Notes: generated from the letters alone by a model not told the origin. A stretch of 64,000 bases of DNA from Chiloscyllium plagiosum (GCF_004010195.1 NC_057728.1:52112732-52176731); one strand, 5' to 3'. Shown: positions 37,251 through 50,194, counted from the stretch's first letter. Numbers and translations: made by a program.

Positions 37251-39055
37251 AAAGCCTGATTCCCTTCTCCTCAAACAGTTCAAGTGTCATGTACAAGGTC
37301 AAAAACTTCTGTGACACATCTACTGCTTACAGCAGTCACAATATTATTTTCTCAAGGATATCCAGCTAAATCTTAACATGATCGACATCAACACTACTAA
37401 TATTCTCAACTTCCTTCCTTCCACTGGATTATTGACCTAGTCACAAACTACCAGAAACCCCAGGCTATAAAAAATGTATTTCAATCTGGATACACAGAGC
37501 TCAATGTAGCCAAAGGGAATGTATAAACCCTGCAAAGCTGAGATCCAGATGAAGGAAGAAACATTAATCAGCTCATAGACCTCAACCAATTGCTCACAGA
37601 CAACCTGCTAATCCCATGACTCCTGTGAAAACTAGACACCATATTTTATGTTGCCAAATTTCACACACACTTGTCGGGCAAGTTCCTTGATGTAAAACCG
37701 TGCCCTTTCCTGAGGAAACCTTGGCCCCTCTTCCACCACAACCACTTGAGTCTTGGATGGGGCCCGAACTATTTTACCGACTGGTGAGAAAGGTCATTGC
37801 ATTGAATGGAGTCTCAGTGACTGACAGCAATGTGACCGGGTTTGTTGAGAACCATCTTGTTTGAAGTACACAGAACTGTCAGAATTCCAACATCTCTTTA
37901 GAGCATCCCTTGGGTGGGGTCAGCCAAAAAGCTCACCATGGAGATAAGACAGCTCTTCCATCTGGCTCTTTGGCCCAAAGTCTTCATTGCAGTGTGCATC
38001 AATAGACAGCTCCCTGATAGTTGCTTCTTAGCAGACTAATCTTTTCATTGAATGTCAAGGGGTGGTGGTTGGATTGTCTCTGATTGGAGATGGTCTCTGC
38101 CTGGCATTGGCATGAATGTTACTTGAAACCTTTCAGCCCAAGCCTGAATATTGTCTAGGTCTTGCTCCATTTGGACATGGAGTGCTTCAGTATCTAAGGA
38201 CTCATGAATGGTGCTGGCCATTGTGCAATCATCAGCAAACATTCGCTGTTCTGACCTTATAATGGAGGGAAGGTCATTGATGAAGCAGCTGAAGATGGTT
38301 CAGCCTAGGACATGACTCTGAGGAACTCCTGCAGAGATATCCTGGAGCTGAGATGATTGACCTCCAACAACCATGACCATCTTCATATGTGCCAGGTATG
38401 ACTCCAACCAGTGGAGTTTCCCCCCAATTTCCATTGACTCATTTGGCTAGGCCTCGTGTGTCAGTCAAATATGGCCTTGATGTCAAGGGCTGTTACTCTC
38501 AACTCACCTCTGGAATTCAGCTGTTTTATCCATGTTTGAACCAAGACTGTAATGATATCTGGAGCTGAATGGCCTTGGCAAAATCCCAATTTGAGCACCA
38601 GTGGGCAGATTTTTGCCCAGCAGTTGTTGCTGGATAACACTGTTCATACCTTCCATCACTTTACTGATGATCAAGAATAATGGGACGGTAATTGTCTGGG
38701 TTGGATTTGACCTGGTTTTAGTGTACAAGAGATACCTGGGCAATTTTTCACATTGTCAGAAGGATGCCAGTATTGTAAAGTACTGGAAAGGTTTGGCTAG
38801 GGGAGCAGCAAGTTCGCAAGCATAATTCTTCTGTACAATTGTCAGGGCCCATAGCCATTGCAGTAACCAGTGTCTCCAATGATTTCTTGATATTCTGTGG
38901 AGTGAATTGTATTAGCTGATGACTGACATCTGTGATACTGAGGACCTTTGGAGGAGGCCTTGATGAAACATCGACTCAGCCTTATCTTTTGCACTGACGT
39001 GGTGGGCTCTCCCATCATTGAGGATGGGGATACTTGTGGAGCTTCCTCCTCCATT

Positions 39056-39455
39056 GAGAGGGGATCTGATTGAGATGTATAAGATTATGAAAGGATTGGA
39101 CACTCTGGCAGTAGGAAACATATTTTCACTGATGGGTGAGTGCCGAACCAGAGGACACAGCTTAAAAATACGGGGTAGACCATTTAGGACAGAGCTCAGG
39201 AGAAACTTCTTCACCCAGAGAGTGGTGGCTGTGTGGAATGCTCTGCCCCAGAGGGCAGTGGAGGCCCACTCTCTGGATTCATTTAAGAAGGAGTTGGATA
39301 GAGCTCTCAAAGATAGTGGAATCAAGGGTTATGGAGATAAGGCAGGAACAGGATACTGATTAGGAATGATCAGCCATGATTATATTGAATGGCGGTGCAG
39401 GCTCGAAGGGCTGAATGGCCTACTCCTGCACCTATTGTCTATTGTCTATTGTCTA
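39056..39455 (+). mobile_element. Young CR1 3' fragment
   Basis: LRGDLIEMYKIMKG...FFTQRVVAVWNALP; tail (attgtct)n; near-identical to 56465-56858. Confidence 0.9.
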
Positions 39456-39652
39456 CTGAGTTGTTTAATTGACCACCACCATTCACAACTGGATGTGGCA
39501 GGACTGCAAAGCTTAGGTCTGATCGATTGGTTATGGAATTGCTTGGCTCTATCACTTGCTGCTTATACTGTTTGGCATGCAACTACCTCTGAGTTGTAGC
39601 TTCACCAGGTTGACACCTCATTTTTAGGCATGTTCAGTGCTGCCCCTGGCAT

Positions 39653-39747
39653 ATTCCTGATGAAGGGCTTTTGCCCGAAACGTCGATTTTGCCTGTCCTC
39701 GGATGCTGCCTGAATTGCTGTGCTCTTCCAGCACCACTGATCCAGAA
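39653..39747 (+). mobile_element. Short PLE fragment beginning at an intact hammerhead (39657-39684)
   Basis: attc-CTGATGA-agggcttttgccc-GAAACGTC, core identical to 2035-2062. Confidence 0.8.
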
Positions 39748-40474
39748 TACCCTCCTAAACTCTTCATTGAACTAGTGTTGATCCCCTGGTTGATGGTAAT
39801 GGTTGACTGGGGATTATGCCAGGCCTTGTGATTGCAGATTGTGTGTTGGAGTATGATTCTGGTGCTGCTTGGTTCACAGTGCCTAATGGATGCCCTGTCT
39901 TCAAAGTCTGTCTCAATTAGCATGCTGATAGTGCCACACATCTTGATGTAAACAATTATCAATATGACAGCTGCACCTCATCTCACAAAGGACTGTGCAG
40001 TGATCACTCTTACCAAATACTGTCGTAGACAGATGTATCTGCAACAAGCAAATTGGTGAAGATGAGATAAAGTATGATTGTCCCTGTTGTCAGTTACCTT
40101 GACACTTGCTACAGGCTCAGTCTAGCAGCTACGTCCTTTAGGACTCATCCAGTTCAATCAGTAGTGCTGCTGCTGCTAAGCCACTCTTGGTTGTAGACTT
40201 GAAATTCCCCACCCAGAATGCAGTCTATGCCCTTGCCACCTTCAAGGTTTCCTCCAAACGTTTTTCGTCAGCAGAGGGAGGCCAGAACACAGCAATCAGA
40301 AGGCAGATTCCTTATCCATCTTTGTCCTAAAGCCATGAGACTTCATGGTGTCCGGAGTCAAAGTTGAGGACTTCCAGGGCAAGTCCCTCCTGACTGTATA
40401 CCACTGTGCCACCACCACTGCTGGGTCTGTCCTGCGTACTTGGTCAGGACGTATCCAGGGATAGTGATGATCGT

Positions 40475-40790
40475 TTCAGATGTTTGAAAAATCTTTTGTA
40501 CATTTGGTTGCACTTCAGCCCCATGCTGCCGATCTTTGGGCATCCGGTGCAAAGAGATGTGGGCATCAGAAGACTAAGTCGTTGGTCTGCTCTGAGGCCG
40601 GCCAGGTTGGCTACTAACAGGTTCAGGCAGTGGGCTGTGGAGTTAGTTCTCAGCTGCTATCTGCCCCTCCCCCATGGCTATGTTTGTGCCTGAGTGTCCT
40701 GAGGAAGGGAGCATGTGTATCAACCAATACTCTTGATATCTTTAGAGAGAAGTGAGCACAGCCGGGGGTAGTGTGTGCTTTATCTCTTTT
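40475..40790 (+). mobile_element. Probable L1/Tx1-type LINE ORF2 C-terminal remnant
   Basis: WLHFSPMLPIFGHPV...LATNRFRQWAVE resembles Tx1-type ORF2 C-termini as I recall them; unverified. Confidence 0.45.
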
Positions 40791-41374
40791 CCCAACTCCA
40801 TTTTGATATTGCCCTCTCCCCCTAGATGATTTCTATTGCATTAATGAGCTTTTGAACATAAATTATTCAATGGGAAACACAGGTAATTTCTGGTTAATAG
40901 ATGGAAGAAAGTTGTGGTGATTTGTTGCTGAAAAGAAGCATTCAGTTCTAGACAAAAGGGAGAGAAAAGAGAGGGGAGAAAAGGAGACCCAGGGATGGGT
41001 CTGCAGAATTGCCTATTGTAGACTGTGACTAGCCCATATACATCACAAGTAGTGGCTCTGCTGTGGTGTTCAACAATAAATTATGTTCTTTTCCATTGGA
41101 CTTCCTGAGTTATTTCAAAGACAATTTGGAAAGATCTTACCTTAAACAGCAAAAAGAACAATTCACACCTTTTTCCTAGTATGACATGCAGCCCAGAGAA
41201 GAATCATGTATTTACTCTTTTAAGTATTTATCCAATCAACAATGCCTCAACTGTTTTGTTTTGAATTTTCTGCAGATTGTGATGTGTTTCTCTCTGTTAC
41301 TGTCCTCCAACCCTTGCCACCATAAGATACACAAGACCACTGGCTAAGACACTGATATTCCTCTCCATTGTACA

Positions 41375-41697
41375 TTGGCTCAGCGGTTTGCACTGCTGCC
41401 TCACAGCACCAGGGACCCAGATTTGTTTGTTTGCTTGGGTGATTGTGTGGAGTTTGCACATTCTCCCCGTGTCTATGTGGGTTTCTCCCCACAGTCTAAC
41501 GATGTGTAGGTTAGATGAATTGGCCATGGTAAATAGAACATTGTGTCCAGGAATCTGCAGGCTATATGGATTAGCCATGGGAAATGTAGGGTTAGAGGGC
41601 TAAGATAAGAAGTGAGTTTGGGTGAGATGCTCTTTGGAGGGTTGGTGTGGACCTGATGGGCCAAATGCCCTGCATCCACACTGTAGGGATTCCATAA
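41375..41697 (+). mobile_element. Diverged HE1/V-SINE
   Basis: Head, core and tail recognisable. Confidence 0.75.
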
Positions 41698-42069
41698 TTG
41701 GTCTGAAGACTCCTGCTAACTAAACTCTTCTAGCTTTTAGCATTTTACTAAACTCATTACCCTTCCAAAGAACTGGATTAACTGCCTGGGAATTAACTAC
41801 TGAACGTTTACTAAATTAAGTTTTATGACCTGTAGAGAAATTGATGTTCAGGAGCCAAGAACTCAGAAGAATAAAACTCATACTTTGGTGTGTCCTGTCG
41901 CAGCAGAGGTGTAGGGAGGGAATTGCTCTGTAAGTTCTCAATATTGACTCAAATGTGAAGTCTAATGAAACTCGGTCAGATATGAGCAAGGAAACTGGTT
42001 GATCACCACATACAGTCCTCCTAAGGTGATGAATCAATACTCCATCATATGGCATGACATATAGTGAAA

Positions 42070-42850
42070 TGCAAGGTTTGTGAAGGTTTGTAGCTCAGAT
42101 TGAGGTTAAGGGTGTAGGTTTGCTCGCTGAGCTGTAGGTTTGATATCCAGACGTTTCATTACCTGGCTCGGTAACATCATCAGTGGCGACCTCTAAGTGA
42201 AGTGAAGCTGTTGTCTCCTGCTTTCTATTTATATGTTTGTCCTGGATGGGGTTCCTGGGGTTTGTGGTGATGTCATTTCCTGTTCGTTTTCTGAGGGGTT
42301 GATAGATGGTATCTAGATCTATGTGTTTGTTTATGGCATTGTGTTTGGAGTGCCAGGCCTCTAGGAATTCTCTGGCATGTCTTTGCTTAGCCTGTCCCAG
42401 GATAGATGTGTTGTCCCAGTCGAATTCGTGGTTTTTTTCATCCGTGTGTAGGCTACGAGGGAGAGAGGGTCATGTCTTTTTGTGGCTAGCTGGTGTATCC
42501 TGATGGCTAACTTTCTTCCTGTTTGTCCTACGTAGTGTTTGTGGCAGTCCTTGCATGGAATTTTGTGGATGACATTGGTTTTGTCCATGGGTTGTACTGG
42601 GTCTTTTAAGTTTGTTAGTTTTTGTTTGAGAGTGTTGGTGGGTTTGTGTCCTACTAGGATTCCGAGGAGTCTTAGTAGTCTGGCTGTCATTTCTGAAACA
42701 TCTTTGATGTATGGTAAGGTGGTTAGGATTTCTGGCTGTGTTTGGTCTGCTTGTCATGTTTTGTTCTTGAGGAATCTGCGGACTGTATTTTTTGAGTATC
42801 CGTTCTTCTCGAATACGTTCTCTGTTTTCCAAAGTTCGTCAGTGAAATCT
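42070..42850 (-). mobile_element. Penelope-like element 3' part: GIY-YIG endonuclease and hammerhead
   Basis: KPTNTL...NVIHKIPCKDCHKHYVGQTGRKLAIRIH (GIY-YIG); CCA-CTGATGA-t-GTTACC-gagcca-GGTAAT-GAAACGTC-TGG at 42147-42186. Confidence 0.9.
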
Positions 42851-42949
42851 CTAAGGAAGGCAAGTGTGCAGAGTATCCAATGCAAACCAAAGAAAAGGAA
42901 AAACATACTTGATATTAACTTCAACTGAGCTTGCCAACTGGATACCAAA

Positions 42950-43652
42950 TTAGTTGAACAGTAGGAGATATAGAGTGATAGTGGAGAGTTATTTTTCAGA
43001 CCGGAGGCCTGTGACTATCGATGTTCCACACGATCAATTGGGCCAATGGGCTGAAGAGTGGCAGATGGAATTCAACTGGGATAAATGGGAGGTATTTTGG
43101 TAAAACAGACAAGGGAAGGACTTATGTTATGCTTATGTTGTACAGAATGTTGGTGAGGCCTCCTCTAGAGGACTATTGACCCATTCTGGTTGCCCTGTTA
43201 TTTGAAGGATATTATGAAGATGGAGAGGGTTCAGATTTCCCAGAATGTTTCTGGGAAAGGAGGGTTTGAGTTGTAAGGAGAGGCTGGATAGGCTGGAACA
43301 TAGGAGGTTGAAGGTTGACCTTATTGAGGTGCATAAAATCATGACATCTGTAGATGAAGTGAGTGGCAGTTGTCTTATTCCTACGGTGGGGCATTTCTAG
43401 ACGAGGGGACATTTTTTAAGGTGAGAGGAAGATTTTAAAAAGACATGAGGAGCAACAGTTTTTTCCACAAAGGGTGGTTTGTGTGTGAAATGAACTTCCA
43501 GAGAAAGTGGTGGACGGGACAGTTACAATAAGTACATGAATAAGAAATGTTTGGAGGTATATGGATCAGGCGCAGGTAGGTGGGAATAGTTTAGTTTGGG
43601 ATTATGGTCAGCATGCACTGGTTGGACTGAAGGATCAGTTTCTGTACTGTAT
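42950..43652 (+). mobile_element. Degenerate CR1 fragment
   Basis: Deleted CR1 ORF2 3' half (gggctgaagagtggcagatggaattcaa...). Confidence 0.75.
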
Positions 43653-44022
43653 GCCACAGATGCAATTGTCCATGATACTGCTGGCAAGAGTGAACATACA
43701 CACAGTGCTTGCAGAGATAATGTCCAACCTTAACATCATGTTGCGTGGCACTATCACAGTGTTAAAAGGGTCAGACTTAAATGGATCTAGCAACTCAAGA
43801 CTGGTCATCTCTGAATCATTGCGAGTCATCAGCAGCAGCAGAATTGTACTCAAAAACAAACTCCAACCTCATGGCATAGTATACATTACCATCTAGCTCG
43901 AGGATCAACACCAGTTCAAAAAGTCCAAGAGGACACAGTAGGAGCAGCAGTAAGCGTAAAAAAAAACTAAGTGTCAACCTGGTGAAGTTACAAGAAGAAC
44001 TGCTTACATGACAAAAGGCACT

Positions 44023-44721
44023 TAAATAGAGGCAAAAAAAATGCAGACACTGGAATCCAAAGCATACAAGCAGGAGGCTGGAAGAACACAGCAAGCCACC
44101 TTGAACCTTCCCTCCATTATAAGGTTAGATGTGCAGATGTTTGCAGAGGAGGACAAGTCAACATTTTGGGTATAACCCATCTTCAGGAATGGAGATGAGG
44201 GTAAGGGAAGCGGCAGATAAAGTTAGGGTGTGGGGGGGGGAGAGAAGGGAGAGAGGCAGAATGGTGAGGTAATGGTAGGTGAACACAGGTGGTGGGTATG
44301 ATCTGGTTAGTCGAGTTGGTAGCTGGAAGGAAGGGTTGGTTGGTGGAATGGGAGGAGGTGGGGGGACTGGAAAGGGAAGCAGGGGATGGGTGGCAAGGTT
44401 ATCTGCTCTGATGAGATTTTCCACTCCCAAGCCACCAAATGTCCACCTATTTTAAACAGCATGCTTTTCCCCACTCTGTCATCCAGACAGCCCTACACCT
44501 CACCTTCTCCATTCCTCTAAACCTCCCCCCACCCCCCCCCAACGTAATAAAGTTAGGGTCCTCACCTTTAATCCCACCAATCTCCGCATCGAACATATCA
44601 TCCTTAAACTGTTCAGACTAGACCCCACCACAAAGATCATCTTCCCATCCCCTCTCTGCCAGCTGCAAGGACCACACCCTTTGTCACTCATTGGGTCGTG
44701 CCATTCTCCCCACAACCCCCA
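44023..44721. mobile_element. PLE insertion with internal inversion
   Basis: TSD ATGACAAAAGGCACT at 44008-44022 and 44722-44736; 3' tail in minus with a decayed hammerhead at about 44157-44190, then a plus-strand coding remnant. Confidence 0.75.
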
Positions 44722-44918
44722 ATGACAAAAGGCACTAGCAGCAAGTGACAGAGCTAAACTAAAAAAATCAGATCTAAGCTCTTACAGGTTCTGCCAAGTC
44801 CATGTAACTCCTGACTTCATTACTGCATTGGTTGAAGCATGAAAAGAGCAGAATTCCAGAGCTGGGATGAGAGTGATGCAGTTGATATCAAGGTCACATT
44901 TGACTGATGTGAATCCAA

Positions 44919-45124
44919 AGCTGAAAATGTGTTGCTGGAAAAGCGCAGCAGGTCAGGCAGCATCTAAGGAGCAAGAGAATTGACGTTTCGGGCATGAGCC
45001 CTTCTTCAGGAATGCCCGAAACGTCGATTCTCCTGCTCCTTGGATGCTGCCTGACCTGCTGCGCTTTTCCAGCAACACATTTTCAGCTCTGATCTCCAGC
45101 ATCTGCAGTCCTCACTTTCTCCTA
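44919..45124. mobile_element. PLE-derived fold-back insertion with hammerhead (44982-45009, minus)
   Basis: Inverted arms; TSD ATGTGA(A/G)TCCAA at 44907-44918 and 45125-45136. Confidence 0.8.
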
Positions 45125-46685
45125 ATGTGAGTCCAAGTAGAACTGAATTCGATGAGAATCGGTGGGGGGAAAACTGTACCTGGTTTGGAGTCATATCTGT
45201 TATATAAAGAGATGGTTATGGTCATTGGAGGCCAGTCATCTCAGCTTCAGGACATCTCTGCAAGAGTTCCTCAGGGTAGGGTTATAGACCTAACCATTTT
45301 CAGGTGCTTCATCAAAAAGATTAACGTAATGAACCTTCCCTCCATTATAAGGTTAGATGTGCAGATGTTTGCCAATGATTGTACAATGTTTAACACCATC
45401 TATGACTCTTCAGATTATGAAGCAGTCCATTGCCAAATGCAGCAAGACCTGGATAACATCTGGGTTTGGACTAAAATGTGGCAAATAACATTTGCATTAT
45501 ATAAATGGCAGGCAATAACCATCTCCAATAAGAAACAATCTAACCACCACCGCTTGACATTTAATGGTGTAAGCATCACTGAAACCCCCACAATCAACAT
45601 CCTGGGGATTACCATTAACCAGAAAATTAACTGGACTAGCCATATAAATGCAATGGCCACAAGAACAGTTCAGGGTCTAGTAATACTGCAGCGAGTAACT
45701 CACCTCCTGTAAGATTCCCAAAGCCTGTACAAGACTACAAGAAAGAGTATTCAAGCCTGCTCCACCATTCGATAATATCCAATATTTTTCATGCCCACTC
45801 CTGCATTTTCCTGTAATCATTGATCCTCCTACTGATCAAGCATCTATCTAACTTGGTCTTAAATTTACACAAGGTCTCTGACCCCACTATTTTCTGTTCA
45901 GCTACAAGACATAACTCTAAATTTTGATGGATTACTCCCTAGTTGCCAGGATATGTGCAACTCCAATAACACTCAATCGTGACACTATCCAGAATAAAGC
46001 AGCCACTTGATAGGCGCCAAATGCACAAAAATTCACTCTATCGAACATCCGCACTCAGTAGCAGTAGTAAATACCATCGAGAAGACACACTGTAGAAATT
46101 CATCCAAAGCTACTTAAATAATTTCTTTTAAAAGCACGACCAGTTTCATCTAGAAGGACAAAGGCAGCTGATACATGGGAATACCACCATGTGCAAGTTC
46201 TCCTCCAAGACACTCACCATCCTGACTTGGAACTATATAATTGTTATCTTTGTGTTGGTCAAATCCTGAAATTCCCTCCCTTTCAGCATTGTGTACTACA
46301 GCAGCTCAAGAAGGCACCATCCTCTTCTCAAGGGCAACAATGGACATACAATAAATGTTTGTCTAACCACTGACACCTACATCTTATGGGTGAATATAAA
46401 ATAACTTCAATTAAAAATTTACCTTCCTGCTTTTCACTCCAAAGTGTATACTTTCACACTATTCATGTTAATCTCAGTTTGTTATCTGGTCACACCCACA
46501 ACTTGTCCAGATTTTTAAAAATGGAAAAAACTGTAGATGCTGTAAATCAGAAACAAAAGAAAAGTTGCCAGAAAAGCTCAGCAGATGTGGCAGCATCTGT
46601 GAACAGAAATCTGAGTTAACGTTTTGGGTCCAGTGACCCTTCCACAGAGCACAAGGCAAGGTTTGCCTTTGGTCTGGCACCACTC

Positions 46686-48480
46686 AGAGTCATAGAGATG
46701 TACAGCATGGAAACAGACCCTTCAGTCCAACCCGTCCATGCCGACCAGATATCCCAACCCAATCTAGTCCCACCTGCCAGCACCCGGCCCATATCCCTCC
46801 AAACCCTTCCTATTCATATACCCATCCAAATGCCTCTTAAATGTTGCAATTGTATCAGCCTCCACCACTTCCTCTGGCAGCTCATTCCATACACGTACCA
46901 CCCTCTGCGTGAAAAACGTTGCCCCTTAGGTCTCTTTTATATCTTTTCCCTCACACCCTAAACCTATGCCCTCTTGTTCTGGACTCCCCATCCCCAGGGA
47001 AAAGACTTTGTCTATTTATCCTATCCATGCCCCTCATAATTCTGTAAACCTCTATAAGGTCACCCCTCAGCCTCCGACGCTCCAGGGAAAACAGTCCCAG
47101 CCTGTTCAGCCTCTCCCTGCAGCTCAGATCCTCTAACCCTGGCAACATCCTTGTAGATCTTTTCTGAACCCTTTCAAGTTTCACATCTTTTCGATAGGAA
47201 GGAGACCAGAATTGCACACAATATTCCAACAGTGGCCTAACCAATGTCCTGTACAGCTGCAACATGACCTCCCAACTCCTGTACTCAATACTCTGACCAA
47301 TAAAGGAAAGCATACCAAACACCTTCTTCACTATCCTATCTACCTGCGACTCCACTTTCAAGGAGCTATGAACCTGCACTCCAAGGTCTCTTTGTTCAGC
47401 AACACNNNNNNNNNNNNNNNNNNNNNNNNNNNNNNNNNNNNNNNNNNNNNNNNNNNNNNNNNNNNNNNNNNNNNNNNNNNNNNNNNNNNNNNNNNNNNNN
47501 NNNNNNNNNNNNNNNNNNNNNNNNNNNNNNNNNNNNNNNNNNNNNNNNNNNNNNNNNNNNNNNNNNNNNNNNNNNNNNNNNNNNNNNNNNNNNNNNNNNN
47601 NNNNNNNNNNNNNNNNNNNNNNNNNNNNNNNNNNNNNNNNNNNNNNNNNNNNNNNNNNNNNNNNNNNNNNNNNNNNNNNNNNNNNNNNNNNNNNNNNNNN
47701 NNNNNNNNNNNNNNNNNNNNNNNNNNNNNNNNNNNNNNNNNNNNNNNNNNNNNNNNNNNNNNNNNNNNNNNNNNNNNNNNNNNNNNNNNNNNNNNNNNNN
47801 NNNNNNNNNNNNNNNNNNNNNNNNNNNNNNNNNNNNNNNNNNNNNNNNNNNNNNNNNNNNNNNNNNNNNNNNNNNNNNNNNNNNNNNNGGTCTATAGTTC
47901 CCTGGCTTGTCCTTACCACCCTTCTTAAACAGTGGCACCACGTTTGCCAACCTCCAGTCTTCCGGCACCTCACCTGTGACTATCGATGATACAAATATCT
48001 CAGCAAGAGGCCCAGCAATCACTTCTCTAGCTTCCCACAGAGTTCTCGGGTACACCTGATCAGGTCCTGGGGATTTATCCACTTTTAACCGTTTCAAGAC
48101 ATCTAGCACTTCCTCCTCTGTAATCTGGACATTTTGCAAGATGTCACCATCTATTTCCCTACAGTCTATATCTTCCACATCCTTTTCCACAGTAAATACT
48201 GATGCAAATTATTCATTTAGTATCTCCCCCATTTTCTGTGGCTCCACACAAAGGCCGCCTTGCTGATCTTTGAGGGGCCCTATTCTCTCCCTAGTTACCC
48301 CTTTGTCCTTAATATATTTGTAAAAACCCTTTGGATTCTCCTTAACTCTATTTGCAAAAGCTATCTCATGTCCCCATTTTGCCCTCCTGATTTCCCTCTT
48401 AAGTATACTCTTGCTTTCTTTATACTCTTCTAAGGATTCACTCGATCTATCATGTCTATACCTGACATATGCTTCCTTAC
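46686..48480 (-). mobile_element. Young CR1 LINE spanning a gap
   Basis: KSPGPDQVYPRTL...WRLANVVPLFKKG and LVRPLLEYCVQFWSP...RGDLIEVY. Confidence 0.92.
47406..47888. other. Assembly gap (N run)
   Basis: Run of N. Confidence 1.
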
Positions 48481-48489
48481 GTGCTGTAT

Positions 48490-49340
48490 GTCATAGAGAC
48501 GTGCAGCACAGAAACAGACTCTTCGGTCCAACTCGTCCATGCCGACTAATTATCCCTACCAAATCTAGTCCCACCTGCTAGCACCCGGCCCATATTCCTC
48601 CAAACCCTTCCTATTCATATACCCATCCAGGTAACTTTTAAATGTTGCAATTGTACTAGCCTCCATCACTTCCTCTGGCAGGCCATTCCAGACACGCACC
48701 ACCCTCTGCATGAAAAACTGTCCCTTGGGTCTCTTTCATATCTTTCCCCTCTCACCCTAAACCTATGCCCTCTAGTTCTGGACTTCCCCACCCCAAAAAA
48801 GACCTTGTCTATTTACTCTATCCATGCCCCTTGTGATTGTATAAACCTCTATAAGGTCACCCCTTAGCCTCCGACGCTCCAGGGAAGACAGCCCTAGCCT
48901 ATTCAACTTCTCCCAATAGCTCAAATTCTCCAATCTTGGCAACATCCTTGTAAATCTTTTCTGAGCCTTTCAAGAAGGAGGCCAGAACTGCACGCAATAT
49001 TCCAAAAGTGGTCGAACCAATGTCCTATACAGCTGCAACATGACCTCCCATCTCCTGGACTCAATGCTCTGACCAATAAAGAAAAGCATACCAAATGCCT
49101 TCATCACTATTCTATCTACCTGCATCTCTACTTTCAAGGAGCTATGAAGCTGCACTCCAAGGTCTCTGTTCAGCAACATTCCCTAGGCCCTCACCATTAA
49201 GTGTGTAAGTCCTGCTAAGGTTTGCTTTCCCAAAATACACCACCTCTTATCTAAATTAAACTCCATCTGCCACTCCTCAGCCCATTCGTTCATCTGATCA
49301 AGATCTTATTGTAATCCGAGGTAACCTTCTTTGCTGTCCT
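48490..49340 (-). mobile_element. CR1 3' fragment
   Basis: ORF 48970..49179: DLGVQLHSSLKV...LEYCVQFW. Confidence 0.88.
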
Positions 49341-49399
49341 TGATGCTAAAAATGTAGCGGTTCCCATATAATCTGTCTGGAATGGACACTATATGATCA

Positions 49400-49550
49400 A
49401 AGTTAAAAATCACACAACACCAGGTTATAGTCCAACAGGTTTATTTGGAAGCACTAGCTTTCAGAGTGTTGCTCCTTTATCAGATAACCTGGTGTTGTGT
49501 GATTTTTAACTTTGTACACTCCAGTCCAACACTGGCGTCTCCAAATCAGG
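49400..49550. mobile_element. PLE-derived fold-back insertion (same family as 32836)
   Basis: TSD ACTATATGATCA at 49388-49399 and 49551-49562; decayed hammerhead. Confidence 0.78.
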
Positions 49551-50188
49551 ACTATATGATCAGGCAGTGTGGTGGGTAGACCACTGCTTTGCTTTCTTGT
49601 TCGTAGAATTTAAAACAAAGTTACAGTTATATTTAAATTATATCTAGAGATGTGTGATAAATTCCAAATATAGTACTGCAGGGATGTGGTTGCAGGAATT
49701 AACTCACTAGCAGCGGGCTTGAAAACTGATGAGACCATGGTTAAGAGTTAATAATTGGGAACAGCGGGGAACTAGGGAAGTGACTTGAGAAGTTTTATAA
49801 AGGTTCAAACAAAAATATTTACAGAAACTAGAAATTTGAAGTAATAGAAAATATTGGAAGTAACAAGCGAGTCAGACAGATCCAAGAAGAATGAAAGCGT
49901 TGACGATTTTTCATCAGAACTGAAAAACTTTAGAGATAGCTTTTTACAAATTCAGACAGGAAACGCACCAAAGGGAAAGCATATTCAGATGGACAGTATG
50001 ATGGTATGAAGCAAATTGAGATGTTAATGAGACAATTTATGGACAAAAATGTAGAGATCCAGTGGAAGAGATATTTAAGAGAGTGAGAATAAATATTGGA
50101 ATGATTGAAAACCAGATCCATTACAAATATAGTTGTTTTGTATGTTAAGACTGAAAAATTGACCTCATAACCAACAGAGAATATGCAT

Positions 50189-50194
50189 TTTATT
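50189..50194 (-). promoter_or_regulatory. Candidate polyadenylation signal of the GLIPR1-like gene
   Basis: AATAAA on the minus strand ending an AT-rich, TE-poor stretch of about 2.2 kb downstream of the stop. Confidence 0.4.

Larger units (their letters stand above)
38040..40470 (-). mobile_element. Degenerate CR1/L2-group LINE, interrupted twice
   Basis: MFADDCTM...QDLDNIQAWA; same family as 43660-46400. Confidence 0.75.
43660..46400 (+). mobile_element. Degenerate CR1/L2-group LINE with nested PLE insertions
   Basis: ORF 45152..45712: ISARVPQG...MFANDCTM...QDLDNIWVW...INILGITI. Confidence 0.75.
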
